Part shown: positions 1-12,900 of the stretch, piece by piece | Layout of the letters: each line of letters starts with the position of its first letter | Numbering within the stretch: the first letter of the stretch is position 1 | NCBI GenBank assembly: GCA_965235115.1 | Contig: OZ249436.1 | Span: 57,846,001 to 57,910,000 of the forward strand | Direction of reading: 5' to 3' | Origin: Laetmonice hystrix | Lineage: Eukaryota | Length of the DNA: 64,000 nucleotides | Notes under the pieces: generated by a model | The model's database searches: none | The model's input: the letters and a program-made list of their open reading frames with translations, nothing else | Told to the model about the DNA's origin: nothing | Position numbers and translations under genes: made by a program

Positions 1-823
1 TGTTGGTAAAGTTCTCAGACTGTACTGTACAAAGACAATACAAAACGACCAGGTCATTTTTCTAGTCCCTGTTGCCGATCTTGATGGAGAACCAAAGAAA
101 AAGAAGATGATGATATCAGTTTTTGGACCTTTGTTTTGTTGTGAATTTCTTGCTTCTGAGTAAAGCTGGCTATGGCTCTAAGAGCTTAAGTATGTGGATT
201 TGAGAAATGGTCATATGTAATCAATCTATTAACGTGTGTGTTTTTATACGTTAGGGGTGTATACATATTTATAATAATTTTGACAAAAGTATGATTACAA
301 ACGATTAACGAGGTTTTTGAGCGTTTGTGATTCATAGACAACGTTCAGATAATTTTAAATATCTTCAGTGGGAAGTAAATTTAAGAGACGTAAGTAATAA
401 AGTGCATACCCGTATACACCCGTAATGTTTCTGACTCTGGTGGTTTAACATCCTGTTTATCAGCCAAAGAAATTGAACTTGATTTATAATAAAGTGATTT
501 TGGTGTTGGAGAACGTTATTAATTTGAATTTTTGTTTGGCGCTCAATATAACATAAAAGTGGTTCAGTCTTTTTCTTTTCAAGTTTTCTGATCAAAGCTG
601 GTTGCAGTCGAAATTTACACGGTTTCTCGGTGGTAAAAAGGGAGAAGACCACCAAATAAGATTTATACAGTATCCTTTCTTCACTTCCAAATGAGCTTAG
701 TCTGTCTACAATCTGCAACATGTCAACTTAGCCTTCTTTTGAAACGAGAGAGGAACTGAACAAATCTGGAGGTTGGCTTGATTTGATAGCTTTGTTGTGT
801 TTTATTTTTGGTTTTGTCTCCAG

Positions 824-910
824 CATGGAAGGATGTAGACGACGAGTCATCGATCTCACAAACATCCACCAAATGTGGCTGTTGTAGATGTAGAAATCGA
901 GATGCTCCCC
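824..910 (+). CDS. Cav3: Cav3 exon, end of I-II linker ([28 protein letters not shown]), 87 bp, phase 1-1
   Basis: Strong acceptor ttttggttttgtctccag and donor GTGAGT at 911. The frame is open, and the phase-1 end (C) joins GT at 9019 to give Arg. Confidence 0.75.
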
Positions 911-3900
911 GTGAGTAGGGTCTATGTGGGAAACAGCCACTGTTCAGACTCTTCAGAATCACCATCCTATTTTGGTAGAAATTGGCCCAACCAAACAACC
1001 AACCACCACTTGGAAAGAGTACGTTTAAACGTAGTCAGAGCCATCCGGTACATGTTTGAATTAAAGAAAGGGCAATCTCCAGGCGTTATGTTCAATAACA
1101 GTCCAATGTGCATTCCTTATTTCTTCCAAAATAAGGGTGATGGTGTTTTTGAGGGCTGTCCTGGCTATTTTCAAGTTGACCGTAGGACAGTGACTTTCAA
1201 CGCTTCTGCTTCCACAAAGCTTTGTGATTGTATTTCTGGAGTGGGGTGTTTAGAGCTTGTTTAAAAACCCAAATGAGTTATAGCTGGTCGTCAAATCCAG
1301 TAAAATCTGGTTTGGTCTTGTACTGTTTGAATAGTATTGGTTTCTGGGATGCTTGGCCCTTTCATTTTTTTTCAAGTTGGTTTGGAATCTGTAACCCCTC
1401 TCACCAACCCCCTACCCCCACCTCCAAAAACAGATGTTCCACCATGCTGTTAGCCTATACACACATTGATCAATACTGTGTATATCTCAAGTGTATTCAT
1501 ATTGTATGTCTGATATAATTGTAGTGGAAATATTCTGTTCATCTTTTGAAGGAACAATAATTTCAGCCTCAAGCTGGTAGTCAAATACGAATTGAAAGGA
1601 AACCAGGAATCTTTCTGTAATTGCCATGCACATGTAGCAAACATAAAACCCTACTTACATGAATACCAACTTGTTTCCACTCTCAAGATTCGACATTAGT
1701 GTCACAAAAACATAATTTTGTCAGGCTTAGTGGTGGTACCATTATTGAGGAAAAAAATGACCTTGTTCTTTTCCCTAGTGTCTGAGATTATTGTTCGCGG
1801 CAGTAAATTCAATATTGTAAACCTATGGGAATGTGTCTGGCGTAAGTCGTGTCTATGTCTCATATAATAACATTTAATGTTATACGGACATGTATCTGAA
1901 TGTATTGGGAACACTGGTCATCCACTCTTAAATCTGTCCTCATGGCTTTGATGACTTACCAACAAGGTTTTGTCGTGAACGTTACGTGTTGGAGTGACGT
2001 ACGATGGCTTGATGTTATGTACATGTATCGGTTAACAATCCAGTATGGAACGGTAATCGTCAAAATGTTCGTCTTTTGTCATCTGTGCAGACACCGCCAT
2101 GGGTACGACCAGTACACTAGAAACTTATTATCACATTATTAACCTGAAATTTAGGAATAATCTCAACAGAACATAATTTCTGGGGATGTTTTTTTTTTCT
2201 GCCTTTCAAAAGCCGTGCCCTGGGAGTACAGTGCTTTAGAAATGTAGATTTTGCTAAGCAAGCATCACACAGATATAACTGCATTTTCTGCTTTCAATCG
2301 AAGAGCCGTTCTCGTTTATTCACACTTTCACATTATGATCGCTTATTTAGAATTTCCTTCGGTCATTTTAAAGGATAAGAAAAAAAGAAAGAACTCTTCG
2401 TAACTGTGTTGATACTAATTTGTATTTTCGGCAGCCTACACGCCATAGAATGTAGACAACTAAACCTACAATATATTGGCAAGTTTTAATGTACAGTATG
2501 AAACAAAAGCTGCACGCACTTTTATGATAATGACCATTCTAGAAGCCCCCGATTTGCGTAAAAACCTTGCCCTATGAAAAATACCTATAATTCCTGATAT
2601 AGCACTAGTGGAACACAGGTTTAACCACAGTTTTATAGTTGGCCACTGAATCTCGCATTAGATGACGCATCCGTAAACGATCACGTTTACTAGATGATGC
2701 CAACATAGATGGTTAGAGTTGATGCTTATACACAATTAGGTTTGCTGTGGTGAAATATTAAAGCACGGGTTCTATCATATTAAATACACACGCGTCCATA
2801 GTAAGGCCTTCGTTTGGCGCGGTTTCTAGCGAGTGTGAGGCTGAATTGAGAGGCATGTTCAATCGCTGTTGACTAACATGATACGCACATGTTGTAAGTA
2901 TGATGGATCGACAGAGTCGGCACAACAGGTGGGTCAGTATGTCACATATGATCTGTCGCCATGTGTTTTTATTGACATAGACTTGGTCATTTCTTTTTCA
3001 GATTTATTTGTTCTCATACCAATACGATAATGTTGGGATAAAATGATGGCGAATCATATGGATTTTTTTTCAGTGCATCTAGTGTGATTTTGTATGTGGC
3101 TTTGTGACCTTTAAAAATGTGTTTTTCCCTTTTCTTGGAGGCAAGCCATCGTGTTCTAGCAGTGCCTATTCAAACATCAGCAGAATCAGTCGGACGATGA
3201 TCCACAGAATGTATTCCGGCTGTTGTAACAGTCTATTGAATCTTGCGGATCCTTTACATCATTGAGCGAGAGAAAATTATGGCGAGACTTGTGGTGCTTC
3301 GATGAGGGCCTTCTTCATTGAGACAGGCAGATTGCGTTGTATGGGATTCCATATTGTATCAATAGATGGAGAGCTACATCCCTAGTCTAAAAGCGTGTAT
3401 TCACTGAGGATCGGGCCTCCCGACATCTCGAGCCACGCATTGTCGACCACGCAGTGAAAACATCAATGCGGGTGAAGTAATACCAACCAACCAAGACCCA
3501 AAACCACTTTCCTTGTTACTCAGCACCGACTTCCTGCCAGGCTCATCGCTAAACCTTTCAAAGCACAATCGCCAGCAGGCCGATCAGGCTCCTCGCCTTC
3601 TCGCCAGTCTCAGGAAGTTGTCTCAAGGCGTTGTTAATTATGATAAACATAATGAGCGCCCGATGAGATAATTTGATAACAGACGTGCCAAGGAGATTAC
3701 ATTGTGCCCGAGGAGGGATGAAATAAAGCTGTTACCCTTGATAGGTTCATGGGCAATGAACCATTTCAGGGGATGCTATAAAAGGCGTGAAGAACCAACA
3801 GTCTTAAACAAGATGCTCAGCAAACTTGGAAGTTACAGACGTAAGTTAGAGTTACAAAACGACCTTGGTCTCATCATGACCTTGACAGCTCGAATTCAGC

Positions 3901-6900
3901 AAACATAATAATAGTAGTAGGATGTGAGAGTGTAGTCAGAATTATTATAGTGATTATGATTTGGGTTACTTTGGGGTACAATTCATTCAACATTCACCAA
4001 AGTAAGGAATATCCTTCGACGTGAATACTGGGGTCGGGGATGCTGTCGTTGTGTTCTGACCTTCAGGGACCACCGTTATAAAGCGGCCAATTACACTAAT
4101 GCGTTTACGTTTGTGTAATCGTATAACATGCTGATAGACATCGTTAGGAGTGACCATCAAGGCGGCATACAAGCCAGTGTCCTTCAATCGACGGGTTGGG
4201 CAGTCTGCCAGCAGTTCTGGGACGGGACAGGGCCTTTGCCCAACCCCTCTTGGATGAATGCCAGGCAGACGGGCTGCTGTCCTTGGAGGAAGTGTTTGTA
4301 CGTCCTAGTGTCGCGGGTAGATGTGCTCGCTGTATAGTTTCCAGTCGTGGCATACTTGGCATTTGTCCTGGATGTTCTCCATGGGCTTGGCCATTTGTGT
4401 TGCCATTCTTTCATTGTCACAACTATGATTAAAGTGAAGAGCACGCAGATTGAAACCGAAAAGGGGGGATATCTGAACAGCTCCTAGGCATGGAAATAAT
4501 AATGTTTTAAATGTCGGTTTTAGCTCAAAGTGTTCCTTATACGTGAGCTGATCCCAGGCTGTAAGAGTATGTAATAGGGTGCAGGCGGTGTGTATATCTG
4601 TGTCTTAGTGATCTGGAAGGAACCTGAATAGTATGGGTGGAGGAGGATGAAGAAGTCGATAACATATAAATCGTTAACGTCCTGGACTGACAGAAAAAAA
4701 TGACACAACTGTTGCCATCTTAATCCAAGGCTGTATATTGAGTATATGTGGTGGCTCTATTCGCCCCCCCCCCCCCCACCCAATCTGTTCCATTGGCAAT
4801 TATGTCCATAGATTTATTGTCGAAGGTTGAAGGAGAATTGTGACTTAATTCTACAGTTAATGAAATAAAAATCCTTACAAATTGATGGGCTTGGAGAAAA
4901 ATATGTCCTAATTTCATCGGCCTGTGAAGGATTCCCAACGCAGCGTGTTTGTAGAATGGAACCAAGCGAAAATAATTCACTGACACCACATGCACCTCAA
5001 ACTCTTAATTAACTACCGCCTAAGATGCTCACCACTTTAATTGTTTCTGTTGACCTTAATGCTACTCTACGTGGTGCCATTATTTATATCCACCTTGACC
5101 TACCATAACACTTGAGTCATCCATCTGATTGAAGAATATTATGTACATTATGTGAGAAGGTTTGTCCGTTACCTGATGGTCGGTCGGTCGTTCCCCCCGG
5201 TATACTCTGGTCTCCTCCACCAGTAAAACTGATACGAACCTGGCGGTTGAGAAGGCGTAACCTCCGATCAACATCCAAACTCGGACCGGCTCCAGGGCCG
5301 GTGAGCCAGACCCTTATCCCCATTTCTAGCTACTACTTACTATTAGAGATTGTATCTGCAAGATGGAGCCTGTCTGGCCAAATCCATCGAGGCAGTCTAG
5401 GTATAATCTGTACCCAATGTTCAATGTTTCGGAGAATCCATTTTCATGCAATTATACAAAGAAATCTCACTATTCACGACTGTAACTTAAGGCTCGCCTC
5501 ATACATGCATTAATGGGCGCAGCCGTTTTTCTAATGGTAGCTTGAGCAGTGATTTCGACAACCTATCTAAGGAAGCAAAGAAAAAGTTCCCCCTTAATCG
5601 ATCACGTTGTAGTTATCCTTATCAGGAAAGCGGTATTTGAACAGTTATCTCACGTACAGCACAAAGCTGTATCCGAAATTACAGTGGAAATCTGTTCAGT
5701 GATTACGACTTTCAGCCTCTGGCTGGTGAAAGTCGGCGCAGGGATGGTCATTGAGAATTTGGCAGGAAAGGCGTCGGGTGGGTGGGTGGGTGGGGGGCGC
5801 TGTAGGGAGCAGGGTTCTTTGAATTTATTATAACAAGGAATAACCCGTTTAGAGCGGGAAATGTATAGGGCTAGGAATCTGTAATAACACTTTTAAATCT
5901 AATTTTAAATCTAATATTTTCCTGGATTGTATATACCAAGGTAGCCAAAGGAAAATCAAAGGTAACACTAGAGGATTTAAAGACGATTTCTCGACAGAGT
6001 GATCCTAACCGCATGGTGAACAGTGAACCGTGCGTGATTTCAAACGTTATCCACGCCAGTTGGACGGGCGTGCCAGTTGTACATGCAGGCTATAGTATTC
6101 CCTTTAAATGTCTCTCAGGTAGACCTCTCGATGTCCTTGGCTGCCCCCTCTCTATGTCATTACTGCCTGGAGAGCCGTGTTTTCAACGGACATCGCCTAC
6201 CCTGTTCCCTAAGTTGATGTCTAAGAAGATTACACAGCCGTTCAAAGCCAAGGAGCGGCTTTGGTTACCGGCCGCTCGGGTCTTGTGAACCCAGCAATTG
6301 TTGCCGCATTGTCTGCCGCCCAACACTAATCACCTCGATAGGTAGAACCTCGTTTATTTTCAAGAAGGCACTAGTTTGAATGGGGTACGACAAAGGACGT
6401 CTAGAGTACCGTTATTCGTACCATTTCTGCTGCCTGCTTCTCGAAGCTGGCACAGTTGAATTACTACGGCGGATTTTAATCCCCTGCACGTAAATGTTTA
6501 TAATTGCTTTTCTGACTTTAATCCCCTGTAATGGCGTGCTACGTGCAAGATTGCCGAGAGTGTGCTCCTGCTGACCCCGAACATCGGGCGGGGTCATCGG
6601 ATGACCCCCGCCTAGTGCTAACGGATATTTACGTCGATCTATATGTCAGTAATATCCTCCTCCCACCCCCACATACACACTCCACAGCCAGCAGCCGGTC
6701 GCCAGCCAGAACCATGTTCGATTTCTTGTATAATCCGTTGATGTACAGCGTCAGGACACGCCGACGCTTGTTTGTCTCAGACCACAGGGCTGGTAATCAA
6801 TTAATGGTGTGGCGCTTCTCGACGCACCTGGAAACCTATTTTATATACTATGGCCTATATAACGGGTATATGCAATCAATAACCTGGAAGCTTCACACAA

Positions 6901-9900
6901 TGTAGGCCTATATTCGGACTCACATAATGAGGTGGTAATAAGGAATACGTATGACGTCTACACGGCCTTGCTGCCATGCATCTCATGCGTCCGTAGAAAT
7001 AAAGGATCCGAATAACCCCGGAAAACAAGGAACATTGTAGGGGGCACGTAAACGGTTGTCATGGTTACTACACGATTTTTTTCATCGTTCGTTTCAACCT
7101 CAGATGTTCTGCAACAGAATTAATATATACCTTCTAGGCATGCAATGGGTTTCGGTTTCATAATTATGACGACATGACTATGTACATGGAACTGGTGTGG
7201 TGGCCTTTATTCGGACCTAGAGAAATGAGGTTAAATTTCTGTATGTTGTGTAAAGTAAACGTTAAGTTGTCCATCACTGGTAGAAATCCCTTATATATGA
7301 TACAACTTATTACGAACTTACCCGAGGTTTTCGTTTTGCTTTTGTTTAGGCTTACGTCCAAGTTTCCCAGTTGTAAGCAACGAAATGCCAAATGACGTAT
7401 CCGTAATACGTTATTTCGTATACATAATACAACGAAATCATTATATCAATTCATGACATGAACTCTCATAATTGTATACTTGGTAGCGTTCAATAATTAT
7501 ACATCATCAATATAAAACTTTAACCCTTCCTCATGCATGAATATTACCAGTTTCACCTCATCTTTTAGTATTAAACAAATAAAGTTTATATACTTACATT
7601 TTATCACTCACATTTTTTATTACTATGTAATCTTATCTTGTTTCATTTTATATTGAGTCAAATAAATAAGTCCATACCTGTCGTTTGTCTCCATACGAGG
7701 AGTTGCTAATGATTAAAACTTGTACAAGCATCGTTCAGTCTCATGCCAAACCCTGTCCCGCTGGTCGATTGGCACATCCCAGCGTTCAGTACCCAAGTGT
7801 TCGTTTGTACTGCTTCCAAACGCGTCTAAAATATTCTGGCTGCAAGTCGCGGACCTTGCCTTTTGAACAAACTGAAGGCGCTTCATAAAAAAACTGGTGC
7901 AGGGCGGCCGCGATTATCTCCTCGCTGAAATGCGATAATTAAAGGCCTGGGGAGAAATTATGTGCGTTAAGAAGCCCTCGATTGTTGTGCGGGTAGTGGC
8001 CAGGCCATCTCGAATACAGAATATATTATATAATAATGTTTGAAGTATACAGAAAGGAGTGTAGGGTTGTCAGGTCTATCGTTTAGGCCGGAGGTTAACC
8101 CGCCTTGGTTTTAACTCTCACATTCAATAACCGAATACAACTAGTTTAAAGAATGAAGAACAGCCAGCACGAGCTATGGAAGACAACGCTTAGCCGAATA
8201 GACTGGATTATGTCTGGACTTGCTTTCTCGCAAAAACTGACAAAAGCAAAGTTTTATTCAAGCAGGAAAAGATTGCTACTACAATTTTGTCTGATGCATT
8301 TACCAGTACATTTGACATTTCCTTGCAGTTATTCCGTGCGATGGAATTCTCCAAAAACCAAGGAAGGAAATCGGTCACTGTATTTGCAGCCGTCAGTGCT
8401 GCTCTATGTTTCTTTCCTGTACGTTAAAGTTGCATGTCGATAAGGTGGCCCAGGAACCATTGCTGTCAGTACCTGATTTGATGTGGTTACTTGTAAAAGC
8501 ATCATGTCTGACCGAAAGGTCGTGCCTTGGTGTCATGTGTACTATAGAGGCCCTAGGGACATACGTGTGTCGTACCACCCTCCCCAACCCTCAGTGTCAT
8601 CCAATTAGAAGGGATCCCCTGTAAAGGGATTAATATATACATGACGTGCCGACACAGCTATGTGTTACAGGAAAAACACTTAAGTTTCTACTTCATTACT
8701 TGGCATGAATAGAAAAATATATTGGTAATTTTGGCAGTATGAATCACAATCTACGACAAACAGTGATGTTGCGATACCTCAAAAATATTAGCCTTGGAAA
8801 CATTCTTTTTCAAATACAGGTAGCCGGAAACGCAATATTTTATTTTTTTTCTGAAAAGAAAACCTTTTAGCCCCTATCTCAGATTTTTGCCACATACCAT
8901 TAACAGTTCTAAGGAGATATTGTGATGAAAAGATTCGACATTTAATTAATTCTAATATAAGACCACGGAAGTTTCATAGTCTTGCCAGTGGTTATAATGG
9001 AGAATGTATATGTTTCAGGTTGGTGGGGTAAAACCCGAAAGTTCGTCAAATCGGGAGTGGATCACCGATTTTTCCAACGTGGAATCTTGATTGCAATTCT
9101 TGTCAACACATTAGGCATGGGTATCGAGTATCACAACCAGGTGAGTCCAATTTGTAATATTGCCCGAAACATATCAGTAGTATTGGTATTCTGTTACAAA
9201 TAATATTCTCCACATGCGCAAGGGGGGCCGGACAAAGTCTGAAAATTGAGCCATAGTCTGTCTGAGATGATATGTCACTCCAGGAGAAAAGATAGGAGCG
9301 GAGAAGAATTCAGTTTCTCGTCCAAGAAATATATTGTAACCCTTCCAATGGCGGACCGTGTTGATTCGATTTACATGCAGCTCCAGGCATTAGAATTTAC
9401 AGCATTGCTCTTTTGTGACAGAGAGATTTGTGTGAGTGAAACTTTGCATGTAGGATATCATAACCAACGGCATAACTTGGCAGGGAGGCAAGTAGTCAAG
9501 CATATTCCACTAAAACTCCCATTTATCAGTGAACGTGGACGGCAGACAGGCAACGAAGCAACAACAACCAGAGCTTAGGACTAGCAAGAACAAAAATAAC
9601 ACGATAATAGTACTAACAGTGAAATATCAAGTGATTTTATTCCCTGACTATCAACTGACACTTTCAACTCCCACGCAGTAGTCAACACGACATTTGCTCC
9701 TTATATAAGCAGTATGAAAGTCTGTCAACACCGATTATCTCTCATTTCAGTGACTCCAAAATACAGATATCTAATGAAATTCATGGCTGGATGGTGACCT
9801 AGCATTGACTTGAACAGCCAATGATATTCATCGTTGAATTACATTGGCTGTTCAAGTCAATGCCAGTTCAACAATTTTGTCACCAACCACCAATGAAACG

Positions 9901-12900
9901 ATCGCTTCATAGCCACAACATCAGGCAACTGGAATGTTGAATTTCGTTAGATTTCTCCATTTCTCTGGGTAAACATTTATTCATTTATGTAGTTTAAGGC
10001 CTTATCTAAACTAACAGCCCATGTCTGCGTTTTGGAGTCATTGAAAAGAGATAGTCGGTGTTTGCTTTAAATTCGGGTAACCTGTAACGTGAAAATATTA
10101 ATGAAACCTGGCGATGCCGTGATCTTTCCCATGTCTCAGCTTACGAGTAAACCTCCCCCCTCCCCCTCCCCCTCCCCCTCCCCCCCCTTCTACCCACCCT
10201 TCTACCGTCCATCACGTTGTCAGTAAACGCCGTCAGTGCACGTGCCCGTGATAGGTAAAATCCAATAATACGGTCGGCAGTGCGAACAGCGCGAGAGGTA
10301 TGACCACAAAGTGGTAGTATTGCATGTAATGTCGCGGCCGCTGAACTACTGGTATTTGCCCTCTTGTGCACACTTCAGTGCACACGGTATCCGCGACAAA
10401 AACCAGCTGAAGAGACTGGTTACCCCAGCAACGTTATCTCTATGTACAGACTCTCTGCTGCTGCAGGCAAAAAGCCAATTGGTTTCCGGCACGACACAGG
10501 GAGGCCTGACTCCTACTCTTGGACACTTTGTCCTCGGTGCCTTTGAAGACTTCTTTGCAGCAGTCCAATATAGCAGCTGAGCTCGACGTAATTCAATTGG
10601 TGAGGGAGAAGAATGAGAGGTAGATCACAGAATCATATTTGAGCTTGGCCTCAATCAACAGCGTTCAAGCTTATTATCAGTGAGAAGATTGGAAATTCTT
10701 CAGTCCCCATGAGGACATATGGTACGATTCTAATGAAGACTCAACTTAATGACAACCATTTCAGAGTGAATCTAGTATAATCTTAGTAAGCAACATTGAT
10801 GCCGATTCATGTGCTGCCCTGATATGGAATCAAGATGCCGTGAATAGTTCATGAAATGAAGGGCTGAGGCTGCCCACCGCTTAGACCATCAATGATATGA
10901 TATCATGTATCCAGTTATCTCCCGAAAGTCGATCTACGAGGTGTTCTATACCTGACACTCGGTGACAGTTTTTGAGACCATATAGAATCTCTGTCTCTAG
11001 TATTGGCGGAGTGGTTGTTCAGATGGTCCATGGAATGTGCAATAGATAAATCATTTCAGTGGGGTTTCTCACGCAGTCAACATAGAGTAAACCCTTTGCT
11101 TTTGTTTTTAGTGCAAACAATACAAACTATTAGGAGGGGTATATTCAAATTATTATGATTTCTAGTATAAGTAGTTAAAGAGAGCAACATGAGCTATAGA
11201 ATCTCTTGTTTGTATGTTATCGGTGGTATCGAGAGAGATCAATCGCAGAAACAAGCTTTGATACCGGCATTTAAATAGCAACTTGTAATATCATGTGTTT
11301 ATGTATCGTAATTGTCTGTGTTCAAACCGTTTATATGTATTTGAATGAAAAGCATAGTTTTTTCCCTTGCGTTGCGTGTGAAACCTGTTCCTTACAACAC
11401 GGTACTAAAACTGTTTTTATTTCCTTCCAGCCGGACACCCTCACACTGGTGCTTGAGTATAGTAACATTTTCTTCAGCGCATTATTTGCCTTTGAGATGG
11501 CTCTTAAGATAGTGGCCGAAGGACCTTTTGGTTACATCAAGAACGGCTTCAACGTATTTGACGGCTTCATAGTTATACTTAGGTGAGTGGCCCACATTTA
11601 TAGTATGTGATTAATGAAGGATATGGGTATTGTCGTTATATGGGTACAACTGTGGTATGGCTAAAGAAGGCATGAAATTCTCATGTTTTATACCAGTTAT
11701 AGAGAATGAAAGATTCGCTGTTTGATTTTATAAATGTTTTTCCCCTTTCCTTCCTTCTTGGAAATTATGTGATTAAAGAGTTCGGCTCTTAGCAAATTAT
11801 GAGTATTTTTATACTGAAAACCAGGACAGCACTTAGACGTTAGATTTGTTTGTTGCGCCATCACTACCTGTATAGGTGATCAGGTTTAACGCCTCCGGAG
11901 AAAGCCATCCTCGCGCCCTGTCTCTGTAACGACACCAACCTCAGCCATAAAATCGTCGCCTTGGGCACATGATCAGCAGCGAGTTTACGTAGTGGGAGAA
12001 AACTATTCACCCAGATCAAAGCTGGGTAAATGGTCCCCTTGGCTGACCCACCATGTCTGTAGCCCTGAGATTGTTTGATGTTAGTAGAAATATTGGCATA
12101 CACGCAGCCTTAGGTGGCTGGTGCAGATCGCGGAAAATAATCGGCAGCGATATCATGAAAGTGGTCGGTTTGTGTGTATGTGTGTGTCTGGATATGGACC
12201 GCGGACACGTACATACTCAGGACATGTGGATACATGGGAAATTCAGACAATGTATATAATAATAGAACTAGATATCGGAACAATGCTAAGAGGCACGCAT
12301 GGTAGCCGCCCAGTAACTTGTTTATACTCTAGCCTAGGTGTAAGATAAGTAATCTCCATTTATATTATTCAGCTGAAGGTAAATTATGGGTCTGTGTTGA
12401 TTTTATTTGTATAACGGACACTCCATATCCGTAGAGGTTTCATACCTCCATCATTCAAGACTTATACCCACGAGCCGAAATGCCCAAGAGTGTCACAATT
12501 TCACAATAGGCTAGTATAGTTGTATGTGACCTGTATTTATGCCAGAATCGAAGCAGAATAATGTAAAGAGTTCAGTCAAAAAGCCAAGCCCAGTAGGCCT
12601 GTGTCTGAGTAGGTATCCCTGCCAGATTAACTGATATTTCTGGGGGAATGAAGGTCCACCGTTACTTTGCACTCACTGTCGGGTAGTTTAAACACATCAA
12701 GTACTCCCCAATCTGCGCCATGCCACGTGTACATCAGCTTCAGTCTGAGTTCTGTTAGATTTAACTGACAGTTGGTCGTTCTTAGACAAACCTTGTCATA
12801 CTTGAATTGACAAGCAAAGATAACGCAGAAAGGTGGCATAGATGCTACGAGTTTTGTGGCTATGAAACGCAAGCTGAAATTGGAGTGAGTTAATGACCTG

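Noticed and set aside
875-1264. 129-aa plus-strand ORF
   Set aside because: It overlaps exon 824-910 in another frame and runs into the intron; no recognisable domain.
3141-3226. Possible phase 1-1 optional exon ([17 protein letters not shown]...)
   Set aside because: The acceptor is a rare GAG and there is no motif support; it would need RNA-seq evidence.
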